From Octopus sinensis (lineage: Eukaryota): a DNA stretch of 64,000 bases. The stretch is taken from the NCBI RefSeq assembly GCF_006345805.1, contig NC_043019.1:19529360-19593359 (forward strand). The letters are read 5' to 3'. Below, in pieces: positions 36,750-51,387 of the stretch. The stretch's first letter is position 1; every line of letters begins with the position of its first letter. The notes beneath the pieces were generated by a model. It was not told the origin of the DNA. It did no database searches and saw nothing but the letters and a program-made list of their open reading frames with translations. Both the position numbers and the translations under genes were made by a program.

Positions 36750-37630
36750 TCTTTACCTGCCAGTGGTCCTACAAAGGAATTGAGCCCTCACCCCATAGGA
36801 TAGCCAGTGGAATGCAAGTGCTACCACCAGTAAAGGAAGGAAAGGCTACGAGCTCAAACATAAAGAAGGAAGGGGAGAGAAAGGAAGAGGAAAAGGAAAA
36901 GATGAATCAACTAAAACCGAAACCCCAAACCAACAGACAACTCAAATATCGAGGCTCCAATGGAATCCGAAGCCTTAAAGGAGAGAAGAAATTTGGAGTG
37001 AAACCAAGGACATGCAAATTTTACCTACAAGGCAAATGTTGGCACGGGGAAGACGGTGCAAACTACCAGTTTGTTTACCCGAGACCTCGCCAAAACTTTA
37101 GCGGCCTTAAGGAGAAATACTTGCCTGAGGAAAAGCACCAATCGTCTCCAAAGAGAAAGTATATAAATGCAGTGCACTCTTCAGATGTCATGCGCAAGGT
37201 AGCAGCTGAGCAAGTGTCTTTCTTGTGCATGGCGCAAAATATTGTGCAGCAGCTGACCTGGCTACATCAAGCGCAAACACGGAACCTTGCCCACCACTGC
37301 GCAAGACCACCACAATCAATAGACACGGGATGGCCTCCCCTTACGCCTGCACAGTCGTCACGCCAATATGTTTTACTATATACTGGAGGCGTGTTACATC
37401 ACAACAAAAGCCAATTTTTTTTCTTGAGAGACCTTGCTGAATGCAGTCAAGCCCTATGCATCGCACTCGTGGAAACACATCTGAGCCCTGATAAAGACGT
37501 ACCAAAATATACCATACTGCGAACATACGGAAGGGAAAAGAGTCATGGTGGAGTTGCTGTATATATCCGTGAGGACCTCATACCCTAGGTCCTACTGTTA
37601 TATTTAAATACAGTATGTGATACTCTAATT
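36750..37630 (+). mobile_element. 5' part of a CR1-type LINE: ORF1 with degenerate CCCH zinc finger running into the APE endonuclease N-terminus
   Basis: CKFYLQGKCWHGEDGANYQFVYP; IALVETHL; GGVAVYIREDL. Interrupted by the hAT insertion. Confidence 0.7.
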
Positions 37631-39876
37631 CAGGGGCGCCCAATACGTCGATCGCAAAGGTAGTGTGGGTAGATCGCACGGCATTAAAAAAAAAAAAAAC
37701 AGACGTCAACCTCTCATCCATCACTATGAAATTTGTCACTTGATTGATATACAGGGCAGCTAGCCTGACATCTGACCTTTTCTTACACATGCGACCCCAC
37801 GCATACGCATACAACGGCGCTAAGTGCTGCAAAACTCTCGCAAGTTACCGAGTTGCCTGGGTTAGCCGCCAATTTATTTCTTCTAAACTAAAGAAAGGGT
37901 ATAAAAATGAGTGGGGGAGCTGGACCAAGTAAGAAACCAAAAACCTACCACTTCCATACGGAATGGGAGAAGGACTTTTTTTTATACAATGTCATATTCG
38001 AAGTGTGTTTGCCTCATCTGCCATCGCTATTCCGAAGAAGGGAAATGTGGAGCGGCATTTTCGGGCCTTCCATAAAACTATGACACTGACTCCCCTCCGA
38101 AAAGCGAGCTGAGAAAGAGAAAGGTGAAGGAACTAAAATCCCAGTTGTCCGCACAGCAGTCATTTTTCACACAGCTAACTTCAAAAGCAAAGGCAGCCAC
38201 CGAAGCATCGTTCCGAGCGAGTCACTTCATCGTTAAGAACAAGAAATCCTTCCAAGATGGAGAGATGGTAAAAGAGGCATTCGTTGAAGCAGCTGACTCA
38301 CTGTTCCGAGACTTTAAAAACAAACCAGAAATACAATCTTCAATCAAAGCTTTCCAGCCATGGCCGAGGATTTGACCCAGCAACTTTGGAAAGACATTGC
38401 GGACTGCGAGTGTTTCTCACTGCAGTTGGACGAGTCTACTGATGTGAGTGACACGACCCAATAGTGCATTTTTATTCGGATGGTGCTTACCAATATAACT
38501 GCAAAAGAGGGTCTGTTAACAGTCTCCTGAAAGAACACACTCGAGGAGAGGACATATTTCAGTCTTTTACAAACTTTATCGAGAAAACCCAGCTCCCAGT
38601 GTACAAATTGGTGTCCATCACCACAGACAGCGCCCGCGATGATTGGCCGGTCAAACAGATTTATTGCCAAGTGCAGGGAGGACGAATCTTTCCCGGACTT
38701 CTTCACTTACCACTGCATAATACACCAACAAGCGTTATGCGCAAAATTGCTCAACATGAAAGAGATAATGGATGTGGCAACGAAGATCTCCTGTTCTATT
38801 CGTGCCAGATCTCTTCAAAGACGGCTATTGCGTGCGCATCTGGAGAAGGCTGACTGCGACGTGAGATGGCTTAGTCAAAGAAAATTGTTACAAAGATTTC
38901 GAGAGATCTGCCCGGAGATTAAGGAGATTTTCCGTGAAGCTACACATGCAGAACACAACTAAATGACGATCGGTGGCTGCTAGGCTTGGCACTTTTAACC
39001 GATCTGACCAACATGTTGAATGACCTTAAGGTGGAGCTGCAAAGAAAAGACAAAACCGTGACCAGTATGATCAGCTCAGTTAATGCTTTCAAACGAAAAA
39101 TGCAACATCTCTACTCAAAGCTGCAGTGCCATGATTTAGCAAACTTAAAGAACCTCACGTCAGAATTAGAGACCCAACGGAAGGCATATGTGCAACTTGA
39201 CTGTCCATGCTTCACAGAGCTGATTGACAATTGTCTGCCAGAGTTTGACAAACGCTTTCAAGACTCTGCTTTACTCAAGCCAGTCGCTACATTCCTGTGC
39301 TGTCCTTTTCGGGAAGATGCTGAGGTTGATTTACTTGCATCAGAAATTGCAACACCGTCGTAACACTGAACTCTTCTGGAGTGGAGAATGCGATTTTGAC
39401 ATTCAGCTGAAGTCCATGGACAGTTCTGGAACTTACTCACAGAGGAAAAGTACCCCAACATGAGGAAATGTACTACCTCCTTGACTGCATTGTTCGGCTC
39501 CACTTATTTATGTGAGTCACCGTCTTCCCACATGAAGATTATTAAGTCCAAATACCGTTCCACCATCACTGAGGATCATTTGGAAGTGTGCTTGAGGCTT
39601 GCTACCAACAGTTACTATCCGGACTATGCATGCCTGGCTGATTCCATTCAGTGCTAGTCATCAGAGTAAGGTAATGACAAAAAAGTGTACAAAGTTGTAT
39701 TGTGCAATATGGATTCATGCAGTTATGCAAGCTACACCAACATATATTGTACATGTAAAGAATCCTCAATGTATTTATGAATAAATATGTTTTGCATTTT
39801 TATAGTAGGGAGATCATTTTGACTTGGTCAGCTACTTATAAGTAGCTCGCATGCTGAAAAAGTGTATGCACTCCTG
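37631..39876 (+). mobile_element. Decayed hAT (Buster/SPIN-like, GTF2IRD2/EPM2AIP1-type) DNA transposon
   Basis: Ends CAGGGG and CTCCTG; 8-bp TSD ctctaatt/ctctaact with central TA. Frameshifted transposase at 37907-39657 (HFIVKNKKSFQDGEMVKE, LQLDESTD, YHCIIHQQALCAK, VRWLS, LFGSTYLCE). Confidence 0.9.
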
Positions 39877-40359
39877 CTCTAACTGTATACATATATTATA
39901 TTATTTATTATTTAATTGAACGCGACGCATCCATTTCCAACTAAATTTATCTTCACCTTTTTGATGCGATTCTCTATTCTGTACTGTTTTCTTCCTCCAT
40001 CTTTCTTTAATTCCCTTTTCACCGTTTTCTATCAGTCGGTCTCTCCCCCTCTTTCTTTTCTCTCTCTCTCCCTCTCTTGTTACACACACGTGACCATCGT
40101 CCATCTTTCTTTTCCTGCACGGACGTTAAAAAGAACGGACGTGCTTTTCTCTATCTTTTCTCTTTTCAAAAAAATGTTTCTCCCAGCGTCCACTATTTTC
40201 CTCCCGTTCTGGTTTAACGACCCTCTGTGTTTGTTTTTGTTCGGTTTCCTTATATGTTTCCACTGTCCTGTTTTTGTTCCCAACTTTGACTCTCCGTAAG
40301 TCCTAAATTTTATTTTAGAATTTATGGGAGCAAGTGTCCTTGAAGACAGAGAAAGAGAA

Positions 40360-43286
40360 AGATCAAAACAGTTTGATTCAGATTTCTTTGTACTCTGAGT
40401 TTCAAGCGCGTGGTCAGTCTTCGGCCATTGGAATCTGAATGAGAGAGCGACTGAAGAAAGCCAATGTTTATTACTGGATGTTAGCCTGCGATTGGTATTA
40501 ATGTCGGCATTTTGGTATTTCAGCGACAGCAGTTAGATGGAAAATGTCGCATAGTGGTGGACGGGGGCAGTAGGAAGGGACGGTAGATGTGGCGGTATAT
40601 ATATAGCTGGCAGAAACGTTAGCGCGCCGGGCGAAATGCTTAGCGGTATTTCATCTGCCGTTACGTTGTGAGTTCAAATTCCGCCGAGGTCGACTTTTCC
40701 TTTCATCCTTTCGGGGTCGATAAATTAAGTACCAGTTACGCACTGGGGTCGATGTAATCGACTCAATACCTGTCTGTTCCTTGTTTGTCCCCTCTGTGTT
40801 TAGCCCCTTGTGGGTAATAAAATAATAGGTATATATATAGATGTATATGCCTATATATCTGCGTGTATACATCAGTACTTATACGAATGTGTATGTTTGC
40901 TTAGATGTACATTCACACACCGCGCGCGCACACACGCAGACACACGCACACGCGCGAATGTACAAATGTACACACGTGTGCGCACATCAATACACACACA
41001 CGGACACACACACATGCGTGCGTGCACACCTTTGTCTTCGTGTACATATGCACAAGCACGGGTACACATGTTTATGGACGCACAACGTACGCCCTTATAT
41101 CCTTAAATGACTACATGACCAGTATTAAACAATCTCCCACTCTACACACCTCCTCGCAGACAAAACAAAAAGTATTTATGAAACAAACATTTCCACACAT
41201 TCAAGACTCCTCACAAGACTCTTTACAAGCACCAAAACATACAATAAAAACCATAATTTCCCATACAATGGCATAAAACACAAACGCAGCTGTAATAGAC
41301 AAATTCACCCAGTTCGACCCTTCCATATCTAAGCCCCTCCTTGTGAAGACCCTAGCATTTACTTGACAATTTACTAGCATTAGTGATCTTGATACCAGAA
41401 TCACCATGAACGCCAGAAAGTCAATTCTGGTCCATGACGATTCCTTCTGGGTAAAGAAAGACGATCCATTGTTTGAGGAGCTTTGACGAGGCTGAAATCG
41501 TCGACCTCGTCGGGTTATACATTTTGGATATCCTCAAGAGACGTACCCATCCACATAGATCGATCCTCTATAGGGATGATGGTCTACCTATCTCAAGCGA
41601 TATGAATGGCCAGGCCATGGACAGGTTCGGGAAGGGCATGATAGAAATATTCAAAGAGTTCGATCTGCCCATAACGGTTACTACTAACCTGAATACGGTC
41701 AATTTCTTGGACATAGCTTTAGACCTGAATACGGGCGAATACAGGAAGCCTAATAAAGAAACGGCATATATCCACAAGAGCTCAACCCCTCCCCCACCCG
41801 CTGTAATCAGAAACCTGGTTTCAGGTATTAGCAAACGGGTGTCTTAACTCTCAGCCAACATGGAGATCTTTAACAGGGCCGCTCCCCACTACAACGATGC
41901 TTTGCCTAGGAGCTGATTTTCTGAGAAGCTTACGTATGTGGACGAACTCCAAATCCCATCTCCTCACCCCAAGAGAATTGGGAAAATGAAAATAATCTGG
42001 TATAAGCTCCCCCTTTTAACCTAGAAGTTTCAACTAACGAAGCCAGGGTCTTCCTGTCGTTACTAAAGAAACATTTCCCCAGAGGCCTTCAACCCTCATA
42101 ATGTCAAAGCAAGATACTCCTGCTTAGACAACATCGCACACATCAACAGACGTAAAAATGCACCACACAACCCCCAACCTGCCGAAACCCTACCACCTGC
42201 CCTCTAGGAGGATCCTTCCTCTCAAGGGCTGTAGTATACAGATCCACCCTTCACCATCCGCTGGCACTACGAGGCAATACACGGGCATGACTGCCAATAA
42301 CGTCAAGGGAAGACACTTCCTGAACTTGCCTTCGTTTAGATCCAGAGACAGAGAGAACTCCACTTCCCTGTCGCGCTTTCTCTGGAGACTTGGTGATCAC
42401 CGACACGAAACACCCAGCATCAAGTAGACCATTATCGACGGGGTGCCACCATATTCATCTGGCAGTTGTGCCTCCGCGAAAAACTGCATATCATCTCCCA
42501 ACCCGCAGTACCCATCAACAAAAAATACGAGGTACCGTCACCAGAGGTACACCCTTCTGATTAATTTCAAGTCACTGGGCACCCACCACCCGGATATACC
42601 TTCTTAGATATACCAGCCACTCCTAGCATCACCGTTACGAATTAACCCCCATGAACAGCACTGCAGATCACCAATCACTAACATTTCCCCCATGCCGATC
42701 TATCCGTATACTCTAGCCCCTTGTACATTACCCCTTGCGCATGACCACACGAGTGTATGTGAGCGTGCGCGCGCATGTGCGTGGGTGCGCATATGCATTT
42801 GCTCACCGTCTGCACACGGACGTGTGTGCGCAGGCGTACATGTGCATCTGTGCTTGTACAAGCACACTATGTACGCGGAGATAAATGTGTGCACGCGTGC
42901 ATGTGTGTGCGTCTGTGTTTGTGTTCGCGCGCGGTGTGTGAATGTCCATCAAAGCATACTTTATACACTCGTATAAGTACTCATGCATACACGCAGGTAT
43001 ATGGGTATATACATGTACATATATACACCCTCATCTATCGCTCCTTCCTACTTCCCCCAACCACGCCATGCGGTCGATTGCGTGTGCACCATGTGATATT
43101 TTTCATCTAAAATACTAAAATGCCGACATTAATACCATGTAATCTTTCTCGACCAATCGCAGGCTAACATCCAGTAATAAACATTGGCTTTCTTCAGTTG
43201 ATCTCTCATCCAGACTCCAATGGTCGAAGACTAGCCATGCGCTTGAAACTCAGAGTACCTAGGATTCTGAATCAAACTTTTGATCT
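40360..43286 (+). mobile_element. Penelope-like element with inverted pseudo-LTRs
   Basis: RT remnants PSISKPLLVKTLAF, ARKSILVH, ILYRDDGL, VNFLDIALDLNTG; GIY-YIG C-terminus LCLREKLHII. Segment 40360-41100 is inverted relative to about 42750-43286. Confidence 0.85.
40607..40827 (+). mobile_element. tRNA-derived SINE inserted in the left pseudo-LTR, with 13-bp TSD
   Basis: GGTATATATATAG at 40594-40606 and 40828-40840; A and B boxes present. Confidence 0.92.
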
Positions 43287-43629
43287 ATACATGTAACTCA
43301 CAATAAACGTGTTGAGTGCCTTCTTTCGTTTGTCCACTCACTGGTATATATATAAACAAGAGATTGGAAAATTCTTTGGTATTATTTCGGTATTATTTAT
43401 TCACCATTACATGTGTTTCATTTACTAGTAGGAGTTACAAAATTGTACATATAAGAGGAAACAATAAGGTATCTCTCATTAGAAATTTCTTGATTCTATC
43501 ACAGTCACAGAAATATGGGCACACTTTTTATTGTGCAATGGTCCTTTTAGATACTGTCCACCAAACTACCATCAATAGACATAGCTTTTTAACACCCCCA
43601 GATCAGGCGACTTCAATTACCCTGAGAGT

Positions 43630-44960
43630 GATTGGGTGACCTTTCGTTGGTCGCAAAGTGCAAATGATTTCCTTGATGTGGAGCTGGATTCAAGCTGATC
43701 CCAATCAGTCACTTCCTCCACAAGAGGTAACAACACTTTGGACCTGCTCTTTACCACTTCTCCTGAAACAGTTATCAGTGTCACTACCAAAGAACCTTTA
43801 GGCGACTCCGATCATGTTCATTGTCAATCTGTCTCTTATGGACAGAAACTGCTTGCTCAGACTGGAATTGTTGCCGTACTGAGTTACAACGCCTCGACTA
43901 GTTTGAAGTTTATGATTCCGATGATGTCAGTACTGCACTTCCCAACATTCTCAGTTCAACCTGGACTGTATGTGAAGCATCAGTACCATGCAAATGCTTT
44001 TAAAATCCCCAAAATGTAATTTGGGAGACTGCAGTAGCTCGACTTGACAGGAAACAACGTTTTGACGCTGAACAGGAATAACTGAAGGAGGCTCTAGAGA
44101 TCATCCAACCAGCTCAAGCAAGTGATAAAAAAAGGGCAGTGCTTGAATTTGAACCTGAATGCAAGGTGTTTTGTAAATATGTACATTCGAAGCAGAAACC
44201 TTAACTTCCAGTTGGCCCTTTTTGCAATCCCCACACAGGTAGGACTACTGATCGGTAGATGTTATCTATCTTGACTTTGCTGAAGTCTTCCATTCTCTGC
44301 CACACAAACGACAAATGGCAAAACTTTCTGAAATGAATGTGAAAGATGATCTCTATAACGGTTGAAAGTGGTAGCCATGGTTCTAGGACATTATTCTTTA
44401 CCCTATGAGATGAATACTTTCTTGGACCCCTGTTGTTTGTTGACAAGATGCCAACTTGCAGAATGTTGCAGTACTGAAATATGCGGATGACATCAAGATA
44501 GATGACATTGAGATAGAAAAGAACAGATCGTATACACGATACTTCTGTCCTGCAATCAGACCTGGACACAATGGAGCAATGGATTACCGACTGGAAACTC
44601 AAGATGGCCGTGGATAAGTGTGTCATCATACATTTTGGGAGGGAAAACCCAGCTTTTACAAACTCCCTCAGCAACACCAATCTTAAGAAGTCTGTTAGTT
44701 AACGTGACCTGTGAATTATTGTCAACAGTAAACTGCATTGGACAAACCACATCTCTAAGATTGTCGAGAAAACTGAAAGTGTCTTAGCATCCCTCAGTAA
44801 AAACTTCGTCAGCCGCTTTCCATCTATCTCTTTAAAGTTGTATATAACTATGGTACGTCGACACAAAGCTTGCATCACTATCTGGAACCCTTATCTTGCT
44901 CGGTATATCAGTCTCCTGCAAACTGTTCAAAAACGTGCAACAAGATGAATACCCGTCCTA
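43630..44960 (+). mobile_element. Decayed CR1/L2-type LINE (APE end plus RT remnants)
   Basis: TLDLLFTT..LGDSDH, LDFA, GPLLF, KYADDIKI motifs with many stops. Confidence 0.75.
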
Positions 44961-45732
44961 CGTCTGATGTATACAATAATTTCATTATTGTTATTTAATT
45001 TTTTTCCAATTTCTTTTATACTCTGCAGAAAACATTTCCCAGTATTTTCAATTCTTATGCTTACCTCACACAAATATAACACCTTCATATGAATTTGGAA
45101 TACTACAAATGTGCTTCAAGAGGACACAGACTGGATTTTAACCCTATTTGCATTATATGTAGTCTGTATGTACCCTTATGTATATATGTGAACATGAATA
45201 TATACACGTACCCGCATATACTCATACACACATAAATATATCTGTCTGTCTCTTTGTCTATTTATCTCTGTCTATGTCTGTCTGTCTGTCTGTCTCCCTT
45301 TCTCTCTTTCTCTCTCTCCCTCTCTCCCTCTCTCCATCCATCCATCCATCAGTCCATCCATCCATCAGTCCATCCATTCCTCCGTCCGTCCGTCTCTCTA
45401 TCTGTCCGTCTCTCTATATAAACAAGTGACCTTTTTACAACTTTGATAACACATAAACACATAACGTAACCTAAGCTTGTTTCTGACAAACATGAGATGA
45501 TGTGAAGTTTTGCGCGCGCGCGTCCCTGTGCGAGCGCGTTCACGTGGTACAATAATTTCTAAGCTGAGTGCACACACGCAGCATGCACGCCCCACCCCAA
45601 ATCTATACAAACGAATATATGTCAAGTATTATAAAAATCTATACTTCTTTTTTTAATGATGGATACCGTACAGATGTCACAGCAGAAAACGAAGTGAGTA
45701 TTTGGTTTCTTTACACACCCATCCATCCGCCC

Positions 45733-45757
45733 ATACATACATACATACATACATACA

Positions 45758-45789
<32 letters not shown>

Positions 45790-45801
45790 CATACATACAT
45801 A

Positions 45802-45833
<32 letters not shown>

Positions 45834-45993
45834 CATACATACATACATACACACACACATACATACATACATACATACATACATACATACATACATACAT
45901 ACATACATACATACATACACATACATACACATACATACATACATACATACATACACACACACATACATACATACACATACATACATACATACA

Positions 45994-46057
<64 letters not shown>

Positions 46058-46151
46058 CATACATACATATACATACATACATACATACATACATATACAT
46101 ACATACACACATACATACATACACACACACATACATACACACATACATACA

Positions 46152-46183
<32 letters not shown>

Positions 46184-46624
46184 CATACATACATACATAC
46201 ACATACATACATATATACATACATACATACATACATACACACATACATACATGCATACATACATACATACATACATACACACATACATACATACATACAT
46301 GCATACATACATATATACATACATACATACATACATACATACACACATACATACACACATACATACATACATACATACATACACACATACATACATACAT
46401 ACATACATGCATACATACATACATACATACATACATACATACATACATACACACATACATACATACATACATGCATACATACATACATACATACATACAT
46501 ACATACATACATACATACACACATACATACACACATACATACATACACACATACATACACACATACATACATACATACATACATACATACATACATACAT
46601 ACATACATACATGCATACATACAT

Positions 46625-46655
<31 letters not shown>

Positions 46656-46700
46656 TACATACATACATACATACATACATGCATACATATATATACATTC
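45733..46700. repeat. About 1-kb imperfect (CATA)n microsatellite
   Basis: Direct reading; accounts for the 336-413 aa spurious ORFs. Confidence 0.97.
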
Positions 46701-46794
46701 ATAGATACATAACATACATACAAACATCTGTATATGCATTCCCATGCATACATATTTACATACACATCCATCCATCCATCCATCCATCCATTCT

Positions 46795-47590
46795 TTTATA
46801 CAGGTTTCATACAGTGGCTGGGGCCGTGTTGGGGCACCGCCTTTCAGTGTTTTGAGGTCTCCTTTCGGTATTGTTTTGGTGAAGAAGCGAACTGGACGAA
46901 AAGGCTCCTCTTTCTGCCTGTTGCCCTGATGTGGGCTCATCTGGGATTTCACATAGAAATTTGTTCAGGTGCTTTTTGAACGTTTCCACAGCTACACCTT
47001 GCATTTCTCTTCTGTTCTTTGGAAGGATGTTAAAGAGGTGTGGTGCCCTGATACTTAAACTGTTGCAATACAGGGTCCTTATCTGAGATGAAGAAGACGG
47101 CATCTTTGATATTTTGCAGTGCCGTCCAGTTCAGCGGTTGGTATAGCTTTTAATTCTAAATTTGGGAGCTAAACCTTCCTGGATCTTTCATATGTATATC
47201 TTTCGCCTTCTCTCCAGGGAATAGAGCTTCAGTTCTTGCCTCTCCCAGTAACTCATCTGTGTCACCGGGTCAATCTTCTTTGTGTAGTGACGCAGGATTG
47301 CCTCAAGTTCTGCCAACTATTTGACGTTCTGTGGTAACCGCAGTTAATTGCAGCAAGATATCCTTATTTCTGTTTCTGAATGAACTAAGGATCCATCCAG
47401 CTACTCGCCTGCAGATTGGTGCCATCCTGGCAGCACTATGCTCATGGAATGTTGCACCATTACTCATGTGGATTCCCAGGTCACGCACCGATTCTAACTC
47501 TGAGATTGCACCGCCCCCTATGTATTCTTATGTATTCCGATTGTAGTCTGTTTGTTGTGGGCCGATAGCGGAGAGTTTGAAACTTATCAG
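46795..47590 (-). mobile_element. CR1-type LINE 3' fragment
   Basis: RDLGIHMS..AGWILSSFRNRN; SLSIRAPHLFNILP..FKKHLNKFLCEIPDEPT; 3' tail ggcggtgccccaacacgg. Confidence 0.8.
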
Positions 47591-47629
47591 CATTGAACTC
47601 CATGTTATTTTCATCAGTCCAATTCTATA

Positions 47630-47660
<31 letters not shown>

Positions 47661-47699
47661 CATACATACATACATACATACATACATAATACATAGAGG

Positions 47700-48310
47700 G
47701 CCAGCCCTAGGATTGCTGGTCGATCTTGTCAAGGATCTCTTTTTGCATCGATCTGGTTTTGATTATTCGGGACCCAACCATCAAGACTCCATTAGCAAAT
47801 GATGGTGTGATTTCTTCAAGGGTTGGAATTGGATGGTAGTCTCGTTTTAATGCCTTGTTCAGATCCCTTGGGTCAAGGCATATCCGTAAGGTGCCATTAG
47901 GTTTTCCTTTAATTACAATTGAATTCACTCGGTTGGTCGTGTCAATTTGGTGATTATTTGTGGGGTTTTTTTCCATTCTTTCCAACTCTGCCTTTAGCTT
48001 CTCGCTTAATTCTAGTGGAACACGGCGAGGTGGGTGGACAACTGGCTTGACGTTGGGATCGACTGATACATGGTATCGATACTTCTCAAAACACCCGAGT
48101 GTATCGTCAAAACATTCAGGTTATATGCTCATCAGTTCATCTTTATTTTTAATTGGCTGTCGGTCTTTCATAGGGGTATCTCTGTCAATCCTGCTCGGAT
48201 TTGCCTTCACTTCACTATTGACTGACACAATGTTGAGCTTGCGGAATAATATACACTGTGTGTATTCGCTTTACTCACAGTTCATACAGTTTACTAAATG
48301 CGCTTAACAA
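47700..48310 (-). mobile_element. Ty3/gypsy LTR-retrotransposon pol remnant with a large internal deletion
   Basis: KPVVHPPRRVPL..KAELERME; KPNGTLRICLDPRDLNKALKRDYHPIPTLEEIT fused directly to pre-integrase ...MQKEILDKI. Confidence 0.8.
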
Positions 48311-49189
48311 AATAGTACTAATCATAGAGATATATTCATATATGCGTATACCTACACATACGCATAAACATAAGACACACACACACACACACACATACAT
48401 ACATACATTGCGCTGTCTCCACCAGACGTGCAGGCATAGAAGACCGTTTAAAATTCCTTTTTGAGCAATTTATTCTAAAATTAGGCCCACTCCTCCAGCC
48501 TCCTAAATTGGTAATGGGTTTATTTCTCCAATTATAAATCAGAGAAACACTTTTTACTTAGCAACAGAGCGATCAAAAAAACAAACTATGCTTCATAGCT
48601 TGTAGTAATCTGCTTGCACGATCATGGCTGAACTCTACCGAGCAAAACAGCCACACAGCACTACTAAGCCGTTTAAGTGGAACGGTAAAAATATACAAGA
48701 CTTTGCTCAAGTCTAAAATGCGAATTTGGTTTTGTTATTTATATTCCAACGACAGAGCTTTGTGTCTTTGGTAGAAATGAGCTCCTCCCTTGGTAGAAGA
48801 TTTCAAATGATTAAAACCAGAAAAGGACGCGCACGCACGCGCGCACACACACACAATTGTGCGTACATACATACATACACACACATGCACGCACACAGAG
48901 TTAGTTATGAGGCAACAAATGGGGTACACATCTGTAGTTATGCCAACAAAAACTATCCAGTGTTAACAGTAAAGGGCAATAACTCCAGGTTTTACTGCTT
49001 AAATTTGTGGGAACAAACCCCAAAAGAACGTGTATCTCGGAAACCCATCGTCTGATTTACACGAAACTTGTTTGTATCACATTTCTGGGGTACTTTACTG
49101 TCAGAGTATTTTCCCATTATGCGCTGGTTTGGCAGTATTAAATGACAGACAAGCAACAAATCACAGAGTTTTAGTAGTAGTAGTAGTAG

Positions 49190-49257
<68 letters not shown>

Positions 49258-49559
49258 AATTATAAAATAAGGACAAAAGAAAAAAATTCTAATGCCAAAT
49301 ATGCCGAAAATAGACAAATTGTCAATAACCATTATAATTTATCACTATTAACATGCGTCTCAAAACAAGCCGATAGAAATTTCTAAAAATTCTGTTATTA
49401 CCGTATCGGTCCCAATTTCAGAGTTAATTCATAAGAATTTTCTTCTCCTCAGCGATAAATACGTAAGACATAAATGGAATACTTACTCATACCCATGGAA
49501 AAAGCAAGCACTAAGTCTTGAGCAGACCTAAGTACCCCAAATATATCCAAAATAGAAAA

Positions 49560-50420
49560 TCTTCGGCACATCTCGAACACATCCAAAACAAACACACAAA
49601 GACACACATACTCGCACCATATATACGCACACACACAAACACATACCCAATACCAACACACACAAAACGCATAAACACACGCCACCCAGACAAAACCAAC
49701 ACACATGGACACACATATGAACAAACACATATACACACACATTCCTACCAAATTTTAAAAACACACATCTATTTACACCACAATGGACCCTGGGACCAAT
49801 CAAAAACGGCCCACACACACCAAGACATGTGTGTATATATATATATATATATGCACACACACACTCACACCGTTTTGACCCCCATACAGACACACATATA
49901 CACACACGTGCGCACACACAGCACCATAACAAATACCAATCATGCACATTCATACACTCACACACACACACACAACACCAAGACAATCACACACACGATT
50001 GACAAACGGGCACACATATATACACACACCATCCTACCAAATCTCTTAAAAAACACACATCTATTTACACCACAATGGACCCTGGGACCATTCAAAAACA
50101 GACCCCCACACAAACACATGTATACATATACACACACAAAGACACATACACCCACACCATATATATGCATACACACAAACACATACTCAATACCAACACA
50201 CACAAAACGCATATACACACACACGCCACACAGATACACCCAACAGACATGGACACACATACGAACAAACACATACACACTAACGCAGACGCAACACACT
50301 AACAAACATTAACCACACACATACACACACACAAACGGGCACACCATCCTACTAAAACATAAAAAAAAAACGGGACCAATCAAAAACAGCCCCCCCACAC
50401 ACACACACAAAGACATGTAT
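49560..50420. repeat. CA-rich degenerate duplication with unit about 300-500 bp
   Basis: atcctaccaaat..acacatctatttacaccacaatggaccctgggacca at about 49741 and 50031, partial copy at about 50345. Confidence 0.75.
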
Positions 50421-51193
50421 ACACATATATATATATATACACACACAAAGACACACACACTCACCCCATCCTGACCCCTAAAGCCAATCCCCCAAATCAT
50501 TGATGCTTGAAGGAGAGACAAAAAGAATAAATTCTTTTCAGTTCCACATTACCCCCCCCCCCCAAAAAAAAACACACTTACTCTGTCCCTTGAAATAGAT
50601 AATATTCTTTTACGTTACCATGGTGGACTATTATAATATAAACCTGTTTGAACTCATAATATTCTGTGCGTGTATACCAATATTCCACTGAACTTTTTAA
50701 TAATTCCTTCTGGAAATTATCTTGGGAATGTATATATATTTGTTGTAATCTTTTGTGCCCAATATTTCAATGAACTTGTTAAACTTTTTTATGTTCTTAA
50801 CATGCTCTTGTCACCAAAGAATGTATATATATCACACCTATACATACCAATACGTACTAATACATACTAATACATACACCAACCCCATACATACGCACGT
50901 CCAGACCAATCTTACGCACTAATACTCTCTCACACACACACACACACACAGACACACCCTTATACATACTAATACATACACCAACCCTATACATACACAC
51001 ATCCAGACCCCTCCCACGCACTTTTAGCTGGTCCCTCAACCCATTTATCAACCCTATTATCTCCCCTTATTTCGCTCTCGCGTCTCATGTTTGATCTTTG
51101 ACCTCTGGCCGAAATCAGATCGCCATGTTGATTCGTTAGCTACTGCACGCATTTTTTTCTCTCCTTCTTTCTGTGTTTTTCTCTCTCTGTGTA

Positions 51194-51231
51194 TCTTTCT
51201 GTTGAAGAGCGTAGGCTCGAAACGTTAAAGA
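51194..51231 (+). ncRNA. Minimal type I hammerhead motif, A6U variant, in a PLE pseudo-LTR fragment (about 50830-51385)
   Basis: tcttt-CTGTTGA-A-GAGC-gtag-GCTC-GAA-ACGT-T-aaaga; all three stems pair. Confidence 0.7.
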
Positions 51232-51328
51232 CTTGTTTTATTTATATTTCCTGAGCGCCATACTAATACAATTGTTCGTTTGTTTTCCACCTGCCTTCGT
51301 CTTTTGTTTATTTTCATAAAGCTTCCCG

Positions 51329-51387
<59 letters not shown>

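Noticed and set aside
45568-46952. ORFs of 336-413 aa
   Set aside because: Translations of the (CATA)n microsatellite. The same applies to the many IY/HT/CV-repeat ORFs elsewhere.
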